The notes beneath the pieces are model-generated. The model did no database searches. It was not told the DNA's origin and worked only from the letters and a program-made list of their open reading frames with translations. From Octopus vulgaris (lineage: Eukaryota): a stretch of DNA of 64,000 nucleotides. Both the position numbers and the translations under genes were made by a program. Positions within the stretch are counted from its first letter, which is position 1, and each line of letters begins with the position of its first letter. Where the stretch lies: NCBI GenBank assembly GCA_951406725.2, contig OX597822.1, forward strand, positions 5,704,001 through 5,768,000, written 5' to 3'. Shown here in pieces: positions 1 through 12,758 of this stretch.

Positions 1-555
1 GTCATATATGTGCATATATATTTTCCACATGCATATCTATGTGCATAGTTGTATCTTCATGTATCTATGTATATATATATATATATATATATTTGTGTGT
101 GTGTGTGTATATATGTATATATATGTATATATATATATATTTGTGTGTGTGTGTATGTATGTATATATGTATGTATATATATATATATATACTCATACAT
201 GTACATATAGATGATGATAGGGCCTTTGTATTTTACATGTACCTATGTGAGTATAAATGCGTGGGACAGTGTGCCTGTGTGCATTCATGTGTGTGTGTGT
301 GTGTGTGTGCATTCATATGCGTGTGTGAGGCTAATTGTATCTCTAAAAGAGATTAGCTAAAAAAGAATATATCTGAGAAGCAATCATTTAAAAATATTTT
401 TCTTCATGTTTTTTCAATTGCAATATCTTTTAATATATTGTATCCTTTCTTTTTCAATTGTCCCCCTTCTAATCAAATTTTTTATAAATGTTAATCTAAC
501 GGAATATCAGTGAAAAAATTGCTAATGTATATATGAATATATATACACATATCTA

Positions 556-603
<48 letters not shown>

Positions 604-616
604 AGATATATATCTA

Positions 617-665
<49 letters not shown>

Positions 666-678
666 AGATATATATCTA

Positions 679-752
<74 letters not shown>

Positions 753-820
753 GTGTGTATATATATCATCACGTTTTAATGTCTGCCTTCCATGCTGAAA
801 TGGGCGGGATATATGTATGC

Positions 821-913
<93 letters not shown>

Positions 914-956
914 TAATAATGATAATAATAATAATAATAATGATAACGATAATCAT
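1..956. repeat. Microsatellite cluster (TA)n/(TG)n/(AAT)n
   Basis: Long TA, TG and AAT runs; a ~62-bp unit (atgatagatatatatctaatacatac + TA run) is duplicated near 599 and 661. Confidence 0.95.
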
Positions 957-998
957 ATTAATTAATAGGAGATGAATTTGGTATTACATCTTTATTGG

Positions 999-1043
999 GT
1001 ACAACATATGTTTCGACTCATCCTTCTGGGTCTCATCAGGTAC
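999..1043 (-). ncRNA. Minimal type I hammerhead ribozyme, Penelope-type, intact core
   Basis: Minus strand reads GTAC-CTGATGA-GACCCA gaagga TGAGTC-GAAA-C ATAT G-TT-GTAC: stem I GTAC/GTAC, stem II, palindromic stem III (AACATATGTT), GUU triplet. AATAAA follows immediately downstream (+ tttatt 991-996). Confidence 0.75.
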
Positions 1044-1495
1044 AGCGATAAAGTTGTCACTACAGATTTTTAGTGTTGGTTGACTTGTTGTTATATGCAG
1101 ATAACGACAGGTAGCTTAAACTATGCTGGTGCTCTGCTCAACATTTAAACACACTAATCAACTTATACTGGTTTGTCCAAATCATTTATTATTATTATTG
1201 AGTGAGAGAGCAGTGCATGCCATCAAAGTGACACTGAGGTAAAATATACAAAGCCCAGTATACCCATCATGACTACCTGTCTGATAAGGGTACACCAGGC
1301 ACATGCATCTCAACCATGTGCGTGACATGGTGAACTCATATGAAGATAAACAGCGCATTTTTGTTTGTCTTAATCACTGATGAGATGCCAGAGCAGATTT
1401 CTGCCCTGACATCCAAAACTTGGATTTTTATTATAGCAACTGAATAATCGTCACATATTATATTGCAGATATATATATATATATATATACATATT

Positions 1496-1690
1496 GGCTT
1501 CTGTGCCGGTGGCATGTGAAAAGCACCCACTACACTCATGGAGTGATTGGCATCAGGAAGGGCATCCAGCTGTAGAAACACTGCCAGATCAGACTGGATC
1601 CTGGTGCAGCCTCCTGGCTTCCCAGACCCCGGTCGAACCGTCCAACCTATGCTAGCATGGAAAATGGACATTAAACGATGATGATGATGA
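1496..1690 (+). mobile_element. RTE LINE 3' end
   Basis: Shares the ...ttggcatcaggaagggcatccagc...gcatggaaaatggacattaaac(gat)n terminus with the long RTE at 32690-36252. Confidence 0.85.
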
Positions 1691-2454
1691 TATACACATA
1701 TATATATTATTTATATTATTATATGATTGAACACCACTCATCCACTTCCAAGTAAGATTTAGCTTAATAATTCTGATACACCCTCTACTATCCTTTTACA
1801 TTTTCGTTTTTCTCTCTTTCTCTGTCTTATTCTTTTATCACCTCTTCTCCCATTATTCTGTCCTATTACTCTTTTGTTTTTTTTCTCTCTTATTTTTCTC
1901 CCTCTCCTTCTCCCCTTCCTGTTTTATTCTCACTTATCCTATCTCCAATTTTTTCGTCTCCCCTTCACAGTTCTCTGTCTGTCAGTCTCTCTCTCCCTCA
2001 CTCTTCTTCCCCTTGCTTGCATGGCTCCCATGTGACCATCGGCTGTCTTTCTTCTCCTAACTTGTGTTTGTTTCTCTCTGTTGTAGCTGGATCAAGGAAG
2101 ATGTGTTCTTGTGTGACTCCTATCCAAGCTTGATTTATGCATTCACCATCACAACCTCGTTTAGGCTTAGCAGCCCTTCCTATTTGTTTTCATTGTCTTG
2201 TTTGTGTTACCAAATTTGACCCTCTGCAAAATTCCAAATTTTATTTAATTTGCTTTCCAGGAACAACTGTTTTATCGAAAGCATATCTTGTTGTTAAATG
2301 CTCGAAATAAGAGAGTAGAAAAACAGCCAGCAACTGATGAAGGGTCGTTCTTTGTGTTGTTTATCTTGTTTTCCATTTTGTGTCTTTCGTTGTTCAAAAA
2401 AATAGTTCATATTCCATGTACTTGTACTTCGTATTTTTTGTTGTACTTGTTTTT

Positions 2455-2702
2455 GATGTACACGTGCAGGTAGCACGTAAAAACATCTTTTGAGTGTGAG
2501 CGTGGTCATTGCCAGAACTGCCTGACTAGCCCTCGTGCCGGTAGCATGTAAATAGCTCCCATTACAGTCTCAGAATGGTTGGTGTTAGGAAGGGCATCCA
2601 GATTGAGCCTGGTGCAGCCTCTGGCTCACCAGTCCTCAGTCAAACCATCCAACCCATGCCAGCATGGAAAGCGGATGTTAAACGATGATGATGATGATGA
2701 TG
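2455..2702 (+). mobile_element. RTE LINE 3' end
   Basis: Same 3' UTR motifs and (GAT)n tail. Confidence 0.8.
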
Positions 2703-2932
2703 TTTTGTGATGTCCTGCGCCCATATATGCACATATATATATATATAGATATACGTATAGATGTAAGTATGCACATATATGTATGTATATATGCATATAT
2801 ATATATGTTATTTATATTATATATATATATATAAAAGCAGCAGTCCTTCAGTTTTTCTAAGCCCTGTAAAAGAATTCAGAAGTTTGGGCCTCTAACCAGG
2901 CACTTCATGATACTCTTAGAGCCAGGAACATT

Positions 2933-3724
<792 letters not shown>

Positions 3725-3949
3725 ATATATATATATATATATTTTATATGTGCGTGTGTGTGTGTGTGTATGTGTGTGAGTGTATGTATTTATGTGCATA
3801 TATCTCTGTTTGTCTCCCCTCAATCACTTGACAACCAATGACGGTATGTTTATGTCCCTGTAAGTTAGCGGTTTGGCAAAAAGAACTAGGCTTACAAACA
3901 CTAAGTCCTGATTTTGACTAAAACCCTAGTGGGTACAGTTCTATGAGGA

Positions 3950-4096
3950 ATTATTTATATTATTTACATTTGACGGATATTTATCTCCATCCTGTTTGTT
4001 GTTAACACAACATTTTGGCTGATATACCCTCCAGCCTTCTTCAGGTGTCTTGGGGAAATTTCGAATATGGATTCTCATTCCTAAGGTATCTTTCTA

Positions 4097-4156
<60 letters not shown>

Positions 4157-4248
4157 CATCATCATCATCATTATTATTCCGATCACTGTTTGGAATTGAA
4201 CTCGGAATCTTGAGGTTAGTTGCCCATGCTCTTAACCACTATGCCATG
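3950..4248 (-). mobile_element. tRNA-derived SINE-like element with hammerhead-bearing Penelope-type tail
   Basis: Minus strand: A-box TGGCATAGTGG (4246-4236), B-box GAGTTCAATTCC (4203-4192), (AAT)n spacer, then GACAC-CTGAAGA-AGGCTG..CAGCC-aAAAt-GTT-GTGTT (4049-4004), ending in an AATGTAAATAA tail. Confidence 0.65.
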
Positions 4249-4249
<1 letters not shown>

Positions 4250-4290
<41 letters not shown>

Positions 4291-4299
4291 GTAATAATG

Positions 4300-4357
<58 letters not shown>

Positions 4358-4512
4358 CAACATCGAAAAATACCTTAGGAATGAGAACCCAGGTTCAAAA
4401 TTTTCCCAAGACACTTGATGAAGGCTGGAGGGTATATCAAGTGAAATGTTGTGTTAACACCAAACAAGATGAGGACAAATATCTGTCAAATGTAAATAAT
4501 GTAAATAATGTA
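4250..4512 (+). mobile_element. Inverted second copy of the same hammerhead-bearing tail
   Basis: (AAT)n, then aaataccttaggaatgagaacc...GACAC-tTGATGA-AGGCTG..GAAAtGTT-GTGTT (4410-4455)...aatgtaaataatgtaaataa; reverse complement of ~3950-4093. Confidence 0.75.
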
Positions 4513-4684
4513 AAAACTAGTGGGATTAAAAATTCACAATACATTAATCCTTTGACTATCACGGGTGTTACGTTCCAAAACCTCGAACAGAAATAATTAA
4601 AATCAAAAAAAATATAAATATGTAAATACCTACCAGCCGCAAAAACCCATGATATACTGAGGAGGCCATGATATAAATCTACAA

Positions 4685-5095
4685 GGCGCAGGAGTGGCTG
4701 TGTGGTAAGTAGCTTGTTTATCAGCCTCATGGTTCTGGGTTCAGTCCCACTGCGTGGCATCTTGGGCAAGTGTCTTCTGCTATAGCCCCGGGCCGACCAA
4801 AGCCTTGTGAGTGGATTTGGTAGACGGAAACTGAAAGGAGCCCGTCGTATATATGTATATATATATGTGTGTGTGTTTGTGTGTCTGTGTTTGTCCCCCT
4901 AGCATTGCCTGACAACCAATGCTGGTGTGCTTATGTCCCCGTCACTTAGCGGTTCGGCAAAAGAGACCGATAGAATAAGTACTGGGCTTACAAAAGAATA
5001 AGTCCCGGGATCGAGTTACTCGATTAAAGGCGGTGCTCCAGCATGGCCACAGTCAATTGACTGAAACAAGTAAAAGAGTAAAGAGTGAAAAGAGT
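4685..5095 (+). mobile_element. tRNA-derived SINE family A (CORE-like; resembles octopus OR-type SINEs), full length
   Basis: A-box tggctgtgtgg, B-box ggttcagtccc, CORE-like cttgggcaagtgtctt, internal TA/TG run, (agtaaaag)n tail; many copies in the window. Confidence 0.85.
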
Positions 5096-5436
5096 ATATT
5101 AGCCAGAAAAATCTGTAATGTACTGATTGTGCAATAGGTGAACCGTGATATGGTGAAGGATTACTGTGGCTGGATTGACAGCAGTTTGTTGATAGATTCC
5201 TAGATTACATCTTGGCAAAAAATCCACTGTCAGGTATATTTGATAGAAATAGGAGATGACTCATTCATCAACTACATAGAAAAAGAAGTGAAAATTCAGA
5301 GAAGCTCAAAAAAAATGTTTGCATTTGGAACCATCCTTGTGCTGGATCGACAATTTATATTGGATTGGGTGCCTATGTTTATATGCATTATACGTATTTA
5401 TATGTATTTATGTGTATTCATATATATTTTTTTTTT

Positions 5437-5661
5437 TACTACCCACAAGGGGCTAAACATAGAGGGGACAAACAAGGACAGACAAACGGATTAAGTTGAT
5501 TACATCAACCCCAGTGTGTAACTGGTATTTAATTTATCGACCCCGCAAGGATGAAAGGTAAAGTCGACCTCAGCGGAATTTGAACTCAGAACATAAGAGC
5601 AGACGAAATACGGCTACGCATTTCGCCCGGCGGGCTTACGTTTCTGCCAGTTCGCCACCTT
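5437..5661 (-). mobile_element. tRNA-derived SINE family B
   Basis: Reverse complement of 25671-25903; B-box gagttcaaattcc and central gactttacctttcatccttgcggggtcgataaa block. Confidence 0.85.
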
Positions 5662-5956
5662 ATTGTGTATTTATATATATGTGTATTTATATATACAGAT
5701 AGATGTGTGAGTGTAGATCATCATTTGATTTCTCACCTAAAGTATATATTTAAACACACACACAAAGATTCAAAATTCCTGATTCAACTCTCGATTCTTT
5801 TCAATTAACTTTCATATATATAAAAGACATGAAACTGCTGTAAACAAATCATTCATGATGAATCTCTTTATAAAGATGAAAGCTCTAAATAAATAAATTT
5901 TATCCAAAATCCAAAATCCTGACTATCTCCCTTTTCTTAACACACATATATATATA

Positions 5957-5980
<24 letters not shown>

Positions 5981-5988
<8 letters not shown>

Positions 5989-6178
5989 ATAGTAAAAAGT
6001 GAAAAAACTACAGAAGGCTTGTTTTAAAAGGTTAAAGAATATATATTTAAGTCAATATGTCTGAAGAATATTATAAATTTTTTTCTTACAATGATATAAT
6101 TTAGAAGAAAGACCGGTTTCCCATTTAGCTTTTCAAATTTCTTCTGTAGTTTTTTCATTTTTTACTATTTTCTATATA
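5981..6178. repeat. 38-bp inverted repeat flanking a 120-bp spacer, abutting the satellite array
   Basis: tatagaaaatagtaaaaagtgaaaaaactacagaag (5981-6016) versus cttctgtagttttttcatttttactattttctata (6141-6175). Confidence 0.8.
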
Positions 6179-7082
6179 TCTCGCCTCCACAGGCTTAGCC
6201 AATACGCAGGATGAAAAATATCAGCTAAGTCCTGTTCCTTCTTTTCATTGTTTTTTGCAAGTATCATCATCACCATCAAGCCTTCTTATTATTATTGTTT
6301 CCCCATATATTGGCGTTATCGTTGTCTTTCGTCTCAAATGCTAGCTGAAGCATATAAACTTTCATTCACAAAAACTTCGCAAAAACATCTCGTCTCAAAT
6401 TTGGTCTTTCTTTCTGTCGCTAAATTCTCTAACCCATTTTTTCCCAACTTCCACTCATAGAAACTTATGCACACGATCGCAAAGCATTCCATCTCAAATC
6501 CTGTCTTTCTTTCTGCCGCCTAAAAATCTCATCTTCTCCCATTGCGCGGTGTCGTTTTGTCCCTCTGTTATCACTATGTCTCTCTCCTCTCTCTCTCTCT
6601 CTCGCTCTCTCTCTCTCGCTATGTGGTGTCGGTTTCTCCCTCTGTTATCACTGTCTCTCTCTCTCTCTGTATATATATCTCGCCTTCACTCGCTTCCACA
6701 GGCTTAGCCAATACGCAGGATGAAAAATATCAGCTAAGTCCTGTTCCTTCTTTTCATTGTTTTTTGCAAGTATCATCATCACCATCAAGCCTTCTTATTA
6801 TTATTGTTTCCCCATATATTGGCGTTATCGTTGTCTTTCGTCTCAAATGCTAGCTGAAGCATATAAACTTTCATTCACAAAACTTCGCAAAAACATCTCG
6901 TCTCAAATTTGGTCTTTCTTTCTGTCGCTAAATTCTCTAACCCATTTTTTCCCAACTTCCACTCATAGAAACTTATGCACACGATCGCAAAGCATTCCAT
7001 CTCAAATCCTGTCTTTCTTTCTGCCGCCTAAAAATCTCATCTTCTCCCATTGCGCGGTGTCGTTTTGTCCCTCTGTTATCAC

Positions 7083-7125
<43 letters not shown>

Positions 7126-7588
7126 ATGTGGTGTCGGTTTCTCCCTCTGTTATCACTGTCTCTCTCTCTCTCTGTATATATATCTCGCCTTCACTCGCTT
7201 CCACAGGCTTAGCCAATACGCAGGATGAAAAATATCAGCTAAGTCCTGTTCCTTCTTTTCATTATTTTTGCAAGTATCATCATCACCATCAAGCCTTCTT
7301 CTTATTATTGTTTCCCCATATATTGGCGTTATCGTTGTCTTTCGTCTCAAATGCTAGCTGAAGCATATAAACTTTCATTCACAAAAACTTCGCAAAAACA
7401 TCTCGTCTCAAATTTGGTCTTTCTTTCTGTCGCTAAATTCTCTAACCCATTTTTTCCCAACTTCCACTCATAGAAACTTATGCACACGATCGCAAAGCAT
7501 TCCATCTCAAATCCTGTCTTTCTTTCTGCCGCCTAAAAATCTCATCTTCTCCCATTGCGCGGTGTCGTTTTTGTCCCTCTGTTATCAC

Positions 7589-7623
<35 letters not shown>

Positions 7624-10600
7624 CTCTCTCTCTCGCTATGTGGTGTCGGTTTCTCCCTCTGTTATCACTGTCTCTCTCTCTCTCTGTATATATATCTCGC
7701 CTTCATTCGCTTCCACAGGCTTAGCCAATACGCAGGATGAAAAATATCAGCTAAGTCCTGTTCCTTCTTTTCATTGTTTTTGCAAGTATCATCATCACCA
7801 TCAAGCCTTCTTCTTATTATTGTTTCCCCATATATTGGCGTTATCGTTGTCTTTCGTCTCAAATGCTAGCTGAAGCATATAAACTTTCATTCACAAAAAC
7901 TTCGCAAAAACATCTCGTCTCAAATTTGGTCTTTCTTTCTGTCGCTAAATTCTCTAACCCATCTTTTCCCAACTTCCACTCATAGAAACTTATGCACACG
8001 ATCGCAAAGCATTCCATCTCAAATCCTGTCTTTCTTTCTGCCGCCTAAAAATCTCATCTTCTCCCATTGCGCGGTGTCGTTTTGTCCCTCTGTTATCACT
8101 ATGTCTCTCTCTCTCTCTCTCTCGCTCTCTCTCTCTCGCTATGTGGTGTCGGTTTCTCCCTCTGTTATCACTGTCTCTCTCTCTCTCTGTATATATATCT
8201 CGCCTTCACTCGCTTCCACAGGCTTAGCCAATACGCAGGATGAAAAATATCAGCTAAGTCCTGTTCCTTCTTTTCATTGTTTTTTGCAAGTATCATCATC
8301 ACCATCAAGCCTTCTTATTATTATTGTTTCCCCATATATTGGCGTTATCGTTGTCTTTCGTCTCAAATGCTAGCTGAAGCATATAAACTTTCATTCACAA
8401 AAACTTCGCAAAAACATCTCGTCTCAAATTTGGTCTTTCTTTCTGTCGCTAAATTCTCTAACCCATTTTTTCCCAACTTCCACTCATAGAAACTTATGCA
8501 CACGATCGCAAAGCATTCCATCACAAATCCTGTCTTTCTTTCTGCCGCCTAAAAATCTCATCTTCTCCCATTGCGCGGTGTCGTTTTGTCCCTCTGTTAT
8601 CACTATGTCTCTCTCTCTCTCTCTCTCTCGCTCTCTCTCTCTCGCTATGTGGTGTCGGTTTCTCCCTCTGTTATCACTGTCTCTCTCTCTCTCTCTCTCT
8701 GTATATATATCTCGCCTTCACTCGCTTCCACAGGCTTAGCCAATACGCAGGATGAAAAATATCAGCTAAGTCCTGTTCCTTCTTTTCATTGTTTTTGCAA
8801 GTATCATCATCACCATCAAGCCTTCTTCTTATTATTGTTTCCCCATATATTGGCGTTATCGTTGTCTTTCGTCTCAAATGCTAGCTGAAGCATATAAACT
8901 TTCATTCACAAAAACTTCGCAAAAACATCTCGTCTCAAATTTGGTCTTTCTTTCTGTCGCTAAATTCTCTAACCCATTTTTTCCCAACTTCCACTCATAG
9001 AAACTTATGCACACGATCGCAAAGCATTCCATCTCAAATCCTGTCTTTCTTTCTGCCGCCTAAAAATCTCATCTTCTCCCATTGCGCGGTGTCGTTTTGT
9101 CCCTCTGTTATCACTATGTCTCTCTCTCTCTCTCTCTCTCGCTCTCTCTCTCTCGCTATGTGGTGTCGGTTTCTCCCTCTGTTATCACTGTCTCTCTCTC
9201 TCTCTGTATATATATCTCGCCTTCACTCGCTTCCACAGGCTTAGCCAATACGCAGGATGAAAAATATCAGCTAAGTCCTGTTCCTTCTTTTCATTGTTTT
9301 TTGCAAGTATCATCATCACCATCAAGCCTTCTTATTATTATTGTTTCCCCATATATTGGCGTTATCGTTGTCTTTCGTCTCAAATGCTAGCTGAAGCATA
9401 TAAACTTTCATTCACAAAAACTTCGCAAAAACATCTCGTCTCAAATTTGGTCTTTCTTTCTGTCGCTAAATTCTCTAACCCATTTTTTCCCAACTTCCAC
9501 TCATAGAAACTTATGCACACGATCGCAAAGCATTCCATCTCAAATCCTGTCTTTCTTTCTGCCGCCTAAAAATCTCATCTTCTCCCATTGCGCGGTGTCG
9601 TTTTGTCCCTCTGTTATCACTATGTTTCTCTCTCTCTCTCTCTCTCTCTCTCGCTCTCCCTCTCTCGCTATGTGGTGTCGGTTTCTCCCTCTGTTATCAC
9701 TGTCTCTCTCTCTCTCTCTGTATATATATCTCGCCTTCACTCGCTTCCACAGGCTTAGCCAATACGCAGGATGAAAAATATCAGCTAAGTCCTGTTCCTT
9801 CTTTTCATTGTTTTTGCAAGTATCATCATCACCATCAAGCCTTCTTCTTATTATTGTTTCCCCATATATTGGCGTTATCGTTGTCTTTCGTCTCAAATGC
9901 TAGCTGAAGCATATAAACTTTCATTCACAAAAACTTCGCAAAAACATCTCGTCTCAAATTTGGTCTTTCTTTCTGTCGCTAAATTCTCTAACCCATTTTT
10001 TCCCAACTTCCACTCATAGAAACTTATGCACACGATCGCAAAGCATTCCATCACAAATCCTGTCTTTCTTTCTGCCGCCTAAAAATCTCATCTTCTCCCA
10101 TTGCGCGGTGTCGTTTTGTCCCTCTGTTATCACTATGTCTCTCTCTCTCTCTCTCTCTCTCTCGCTCTCTCTCTCTCGCTATGTGGTGTCGGTTTCTCCC
10201 TCTGTTATCACTGTCTCTCTCTCTCTCTCTCTGTATATATATCTCGCCTTCACTCGCTTCCACAGGCTTAGCCAATACGCAGGATGAAAAATATCAGCTA
10301 AGTCCTGTTCCTTCTTTTCATTGTTTTTGCAAGTATCATCATCACCATCAAGCCTTCTTATTATTATTGTTTCCCCATATATTGGCGTTATCGTTGTCTT
10401 TCGTCTCAAATGCTAGCTGAAGCATATAAACTTTCATTCACAAAAACTTCGCAAAAACATCTCGTCTCAAATTTGGTCTTTCTTTCTGTCGCTAAATTCT
10501 CTAACCCATTTTTTCCCAACTTCCACTCATAGAAACTTATGCACACGATCGCAAAGCATTCCATCACAAATCCTGTCTTTCTTTCTGCCGCCTAAAAATC

Positions 10601-10646
10601 TCATCTTCTCCCATTGCGCGGTGTCGTTTTGTCCCTCTGTTATCAC

Positions 10647-10681
<35 letters not shown>

Positions 10682-11163
10682 CTCTCTCTCTCGCTATGTG
10701 GTGTCGGTTTCTCCCTCTGTTATCACTGTCTCTCTCTCTCTCTCTCTCTGTATATATATCTCGCCTTCACTCGCTTCCACAGGCTTAGCCAATACGCAGG
10801 ATGAAAAATATCAGCTAAGTCCTGTTCCTTCTTTTCATTGTTTTTGCAAGTATCATCATCACCATCAAGCCTTCTTCTTATTATTGTTTCCCCATATATT
10901 GGCGTTATCGTTGTCTTTCGTCTCAAATGCTAGCTGAAGCATATAAACTTTCATTCACAAAAACTTCGCAAAAACATCTCGTCTCAAATTTGGTCTTTCT
11001 TTCTGTCGCTAAATTCTCTAACCCATTTTTTCCCAACTTCCACTCATAGAAACTTATGCACACGATCGCAAAGCATTCCATCTCAAATCCTGTCTTTCTT
11101 TCTGCCGCCTAAAAATCTCATCTTCTCCCATTGCGCGGTGTCGTTTTGTCCCTCTGTTATCAC

Positions 11164-11210
<47 letters not shown>

Positions 11211-11678
11211 ATGTGGTGTCGGTTTCTCCCTCTGTTATCACTGTCTCTCTCTCTCTCTCTCTCTGTATATATATCTCGCCTTCACTCGCTTCCACAGGCT
11301 TAGCCAATACGCAGGATGAAAAATATCAGCTAAGTCCTGTTCCTTCTTTTCATTGTTTTTGCAAGTATCATCATCACCATCAAGCCTTCTTCTTATTATT
11401 GTTTCCCCATATATTGGCGTTATCGTTGTCTTTCGTCTCAAATGCTAGCTGAAGCATATAAACTTTCATTCACAAAAACTTCGCAAAAACATCTCGTCTC
11501 AAATTTGGTCTTTCTTTCTGTCGCTAAATTCTCTAACCCATCTTTTCCCAACTTCCACTCATAGAAACTTATGCACACGATCGCAAAGCATTCCATCTCA
11601 AATCCTGTCTTTCTTTCTGCCGCCTAAAAATCTCATCTTCTCCCATTGCGCGGTGTCGTTTTGTCCCTCTGTTATCAC

Positions 11679-11741
<63 letters not shown>

Positions 11742-12206
11742 ATGTGGTGTCGGTTTCTCCCTCTGTTATCACTGTCTCTCTCTCTCTCTCTGTATATATA
11801 TCTCGCCTTCACTCGCTTCCACAGGCTTAGCCAATACGCAGGATGAAAAATATCAGCTAAGTCCTGTTCCTTCTTTTCATTGTTTTTTGCAAGTATCATC
11901 ATCACCATCAAGCCTTCTTATTATTATTGTTTCCCCATATATTGGCGTTATCGTTGTCTTTCGTCTCAAATGCTAGCTGAAGCATATAAACTTTCATTCA
12001 CAAAAACTTCGCAAAAACATCTCGTCTCAAATTTGGTCTTTCTTTCTGTCGCTAAATTCTCTAACCCATTTTTTCCCAACTTCCACTCATAGAAACTTAT
12101 GCACACGATCGCAAAGCATTCCATCTCAAATCCTGTCTTTCTTTCTGCCGCCTAAAAATCTCATCTTCTCCCATTGCGCGGTGTCGTTTTGTCCCTCTGT
12201 TATCAC

Positions 12207-12243
<37 letters not shown>

Positions 12244-12719
12244 CTCTCTCTCTCGCTATGTGGTGTCGGTTTCTCCCTCTGTTATCACTGTCTCTCTCTC
12301 TCTCTGTATATATATCTCGCCTTCACTCGCTTCCACAGGCTTAGCCAATACGCAGGATGAAAAATATCAGCTAAGTCCTGTTCCTTCTTTTCATTGTTTT
12401 TTGCAAGTATCATCATCACCATCAAGCCTTCTTATTATTATTGTTTCCCCATATATTGGCGTTATCGTTGTCTTTCGTCTCAAATGCTAGCTGAAGCATA
12501 TAAACTTTCATTCACAAAACTTCGCAAAAACATCTCGTCTCAAATTTGGTCTTTCTTTCTGTCGCTAAATTCTCTAACCCATTTTTTCCCAACTTCCACT
12601 CATAGAAACTTATGCACACGATCGCAAAGCATTCCATCTCAAATCCTGTCTTTCTTTCTGCCGCCTAAAAATCTCATCTTCTCCCATTGCGCGGTGTCGT
12701 TTTGTCCCTCTGTTATCAC

Positions 12720-12758
<39 letters not shown>

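Noticed and set aside
2300-2400. CTGATGA near 2334 as a further hammerhead
   Set aside because: No stem II closing onto a downstream GAAA could be found; part of a dispersed repeat that loosely resembles 56940-57420.
4685-4760. SINE heads as tRNA genes
   Set aside because: A and B boxes are present, but there is no complete cloverleaf and they continue into SINE body and tail in many copies.
6188-6235. Monomer hairpin as pre-miRNA or hammerhead (retrozyme array)
   Set aside because: The stem is only ~16 bp with no basal stem, and no CUGANGA/GAAA core was found on either strand.
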